64,000 nt of DNA, from the NCBI GenBank assembly GCA_030264375.1, contig JASCQW010000001.1, positions 109,996,445 through 110,060,444 of the forward strand, written 5' to 3'. Positions 62,460 to 64,000 of this stretch are shown here, in pieces; position 1 is the first letter of the stretch, and every line of letters starts with the position of its first letter. The translations under genes and the position numbers were made by a program. The notes under the pieces are model-generated. The model saw nothing but the letters and a program-made list of their open reading frames with translations. It did not search any database and had not been told where the DNA came from. Source of the DNA: Carcharhinus longimanus. Taxonomy: Eukaryota.

Positions 62460-63716
62460 ATGAGCAAGTCTTTATGCCCAACAGACGTGTGAGCCAAGTT
62501 AGAGCTCGTGGAATAAAGCAGCATGGATGCAAAATTGGCTGAATGTCAGGAAACAGAGGGTAATGATGAACGGTTATTTTTTGGAATGGAGGAAGGTTTA
62601 TCACACAGGGCTCATTGTTCCAGCCACTGCTCCTGAAAACCAAACACATCCAGAAAAAAACACACTTCCTTTGAACCTCATTGATGTTTAGATCAGTAAG
62701 TCTTTCTAACCTGAACCGGCACGACCTGAGCTGACACAAACCTCGCTGACCACAACCAACACTTAGCACGGGAAATCTGGCTGTTTGTCTGCACTGTTTA
62801 CCTCGCAAAATCTCTCCCACAAGCAGAATTGCAGATGGCACCACGTGTCAGAACATTTAACAGGTACCTTGCATTTATTATTCAGTGATGCATCTTACCT
62901 TTATTGGCCATTTTATTTACTTTGGACTATAGCTAGCTTAGGCTTTGGCTTTTGTAAGTAAGCCTAGACCCATTCGCGGTATCCAAAACCCAAACTTGTA
63001 TAAAACTCAAAATACAATAAGCCCTGACAGTTGCAGATAAAGGGTGCTCGAGTTATGGACATATTGACCTCGGCTTTAGTGTGCAGGGCACCATTTCAAT
63101 ATTTGTGGATAACATAAAACTTCAAAGTATTATGAACTATGGGAAAGATAGTGTAAGACCTTCAACAGGACGTAGGCCAGTTTGTGGAATGGGGGAACAA
63201 GTGGCATCAGGGCAGTTTGAGAGCAAGATTAATAAAGTTTATGGGATCCTGGTCTTTATAAATAGGAGAAAAGACTGGAAAAGCAAGGAATTTATTATAA
63301 ACCTGTGTAGAACAGTGGTAAGGCTTTAACTGGAACATAGTATTCAGTTTCGGGAACCACAATTCCAGAAGGCACATGATTTACGAGAAGTATTCTTAGC
63401 CACCATTGTTCCTATTAGTGGAGGGAGTTCAAAATAGAAGGCACAGATTTAAGGCAAGTGGCAAAAGACACAATGGCGACATGAGTGAAATCATTTTTAC
63501 ACCGTGAATGGATAGGATCTGAAATACACTGCTGGGAGCAGATACAATCATGGTATTCAAAAGGGAATTGGATCGTTAATTGAAAAGGAAAATTTTGAAG
63601 GGGCATGGGGAAAAAACAGTGGAGTGGTACAAGGGGACTTGCTCTTGCAGAGAGCTAGTATAGATACAAAAGGCCAAATAGCCTCCTTCTGTGCTGTAAT
63701 CATTCTATGATTCTGA
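62460..63716 (+). mobile_element. Degenerate CR1 LINE with a ~420-bp unrelated insert at ~62636-63058
   Basis: RT motifs (agttagagctcgtggaataaa; caaaattggctgaatgtcaggaaacagaggg; GTISIFVDNIKL) and tail gcctccttctgtgctgtaatcattctatgattct. Confidence 0.75.
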
Positions 63717-64000
63717 ATTGGGAAGATAGGAAGGACTCCAAAAGGAAATTCCATTCTCTGCAACTTGTTTACCGTAACTTCAATTACAAAATATCAAGTA
63801 ACAGTGCCAGAATAATTGAATTTGAGAACAAAATGGTCTATGTAGTGAGAAAAACCTCTGCAGAGAGACAACAGGTAGCATAAGGTCAATGCTTGCTAAA
63901 AAATAAACACCAACATTGTCTGAACCTTTAGTATGCAAACTCAGCTTTAAGAATCCAATTTCAGCCATCCAGGCAAATTAATTAGTCACACAATTAATTT

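Noticed and set aside
1-64000. CRISPR arrays, operons or prokaryotic defence systems
   Set aside because: The sequence is vertebrate (spliceosomal exons, shark SINEs and LINEs), and no regularly spaced repeat-spacer array was seen.

Overview
Eukaryotic, repeat-rich draft genomic DNA with several N gaps, almost certainly from a shark: it carries HE1-type V-SINEs, HER1/CR1 LINE fragments, Rex1, L2, LTR remnants and GGG-ended MITEs. Only two protein-coding exons are recognisable, both on the + strand. One is the terminal exon of neurotrypsin (PRSS12, 2719-3026). The other is a single voltage-gated sodium channel alpha-subunit exon (domain I S4-S5 linker, S5 and pore-loop start, 50685-50912). That exon is intact, but I could not find its neighbouring exons, it lies outside normal Nav synteny, and a 5'-truncated CR1 begins about 55 bp downstream in the same orientation. 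About 300 bp past that LINE is a ~340 bp element headed by three tandem, partly A>G-altered copies of the U2 snRNA 5' end, with a hairpin and a repetitive tail: a candidate U2-derived SINE. Several long hairpins or inverted repeats and nested insertions are also visible. Nearly all ORFs in the supplied track are repeat-derived noise. Repeat family names come from recalled consensus sequences, not database searches, and repeat boundaries are approximate.
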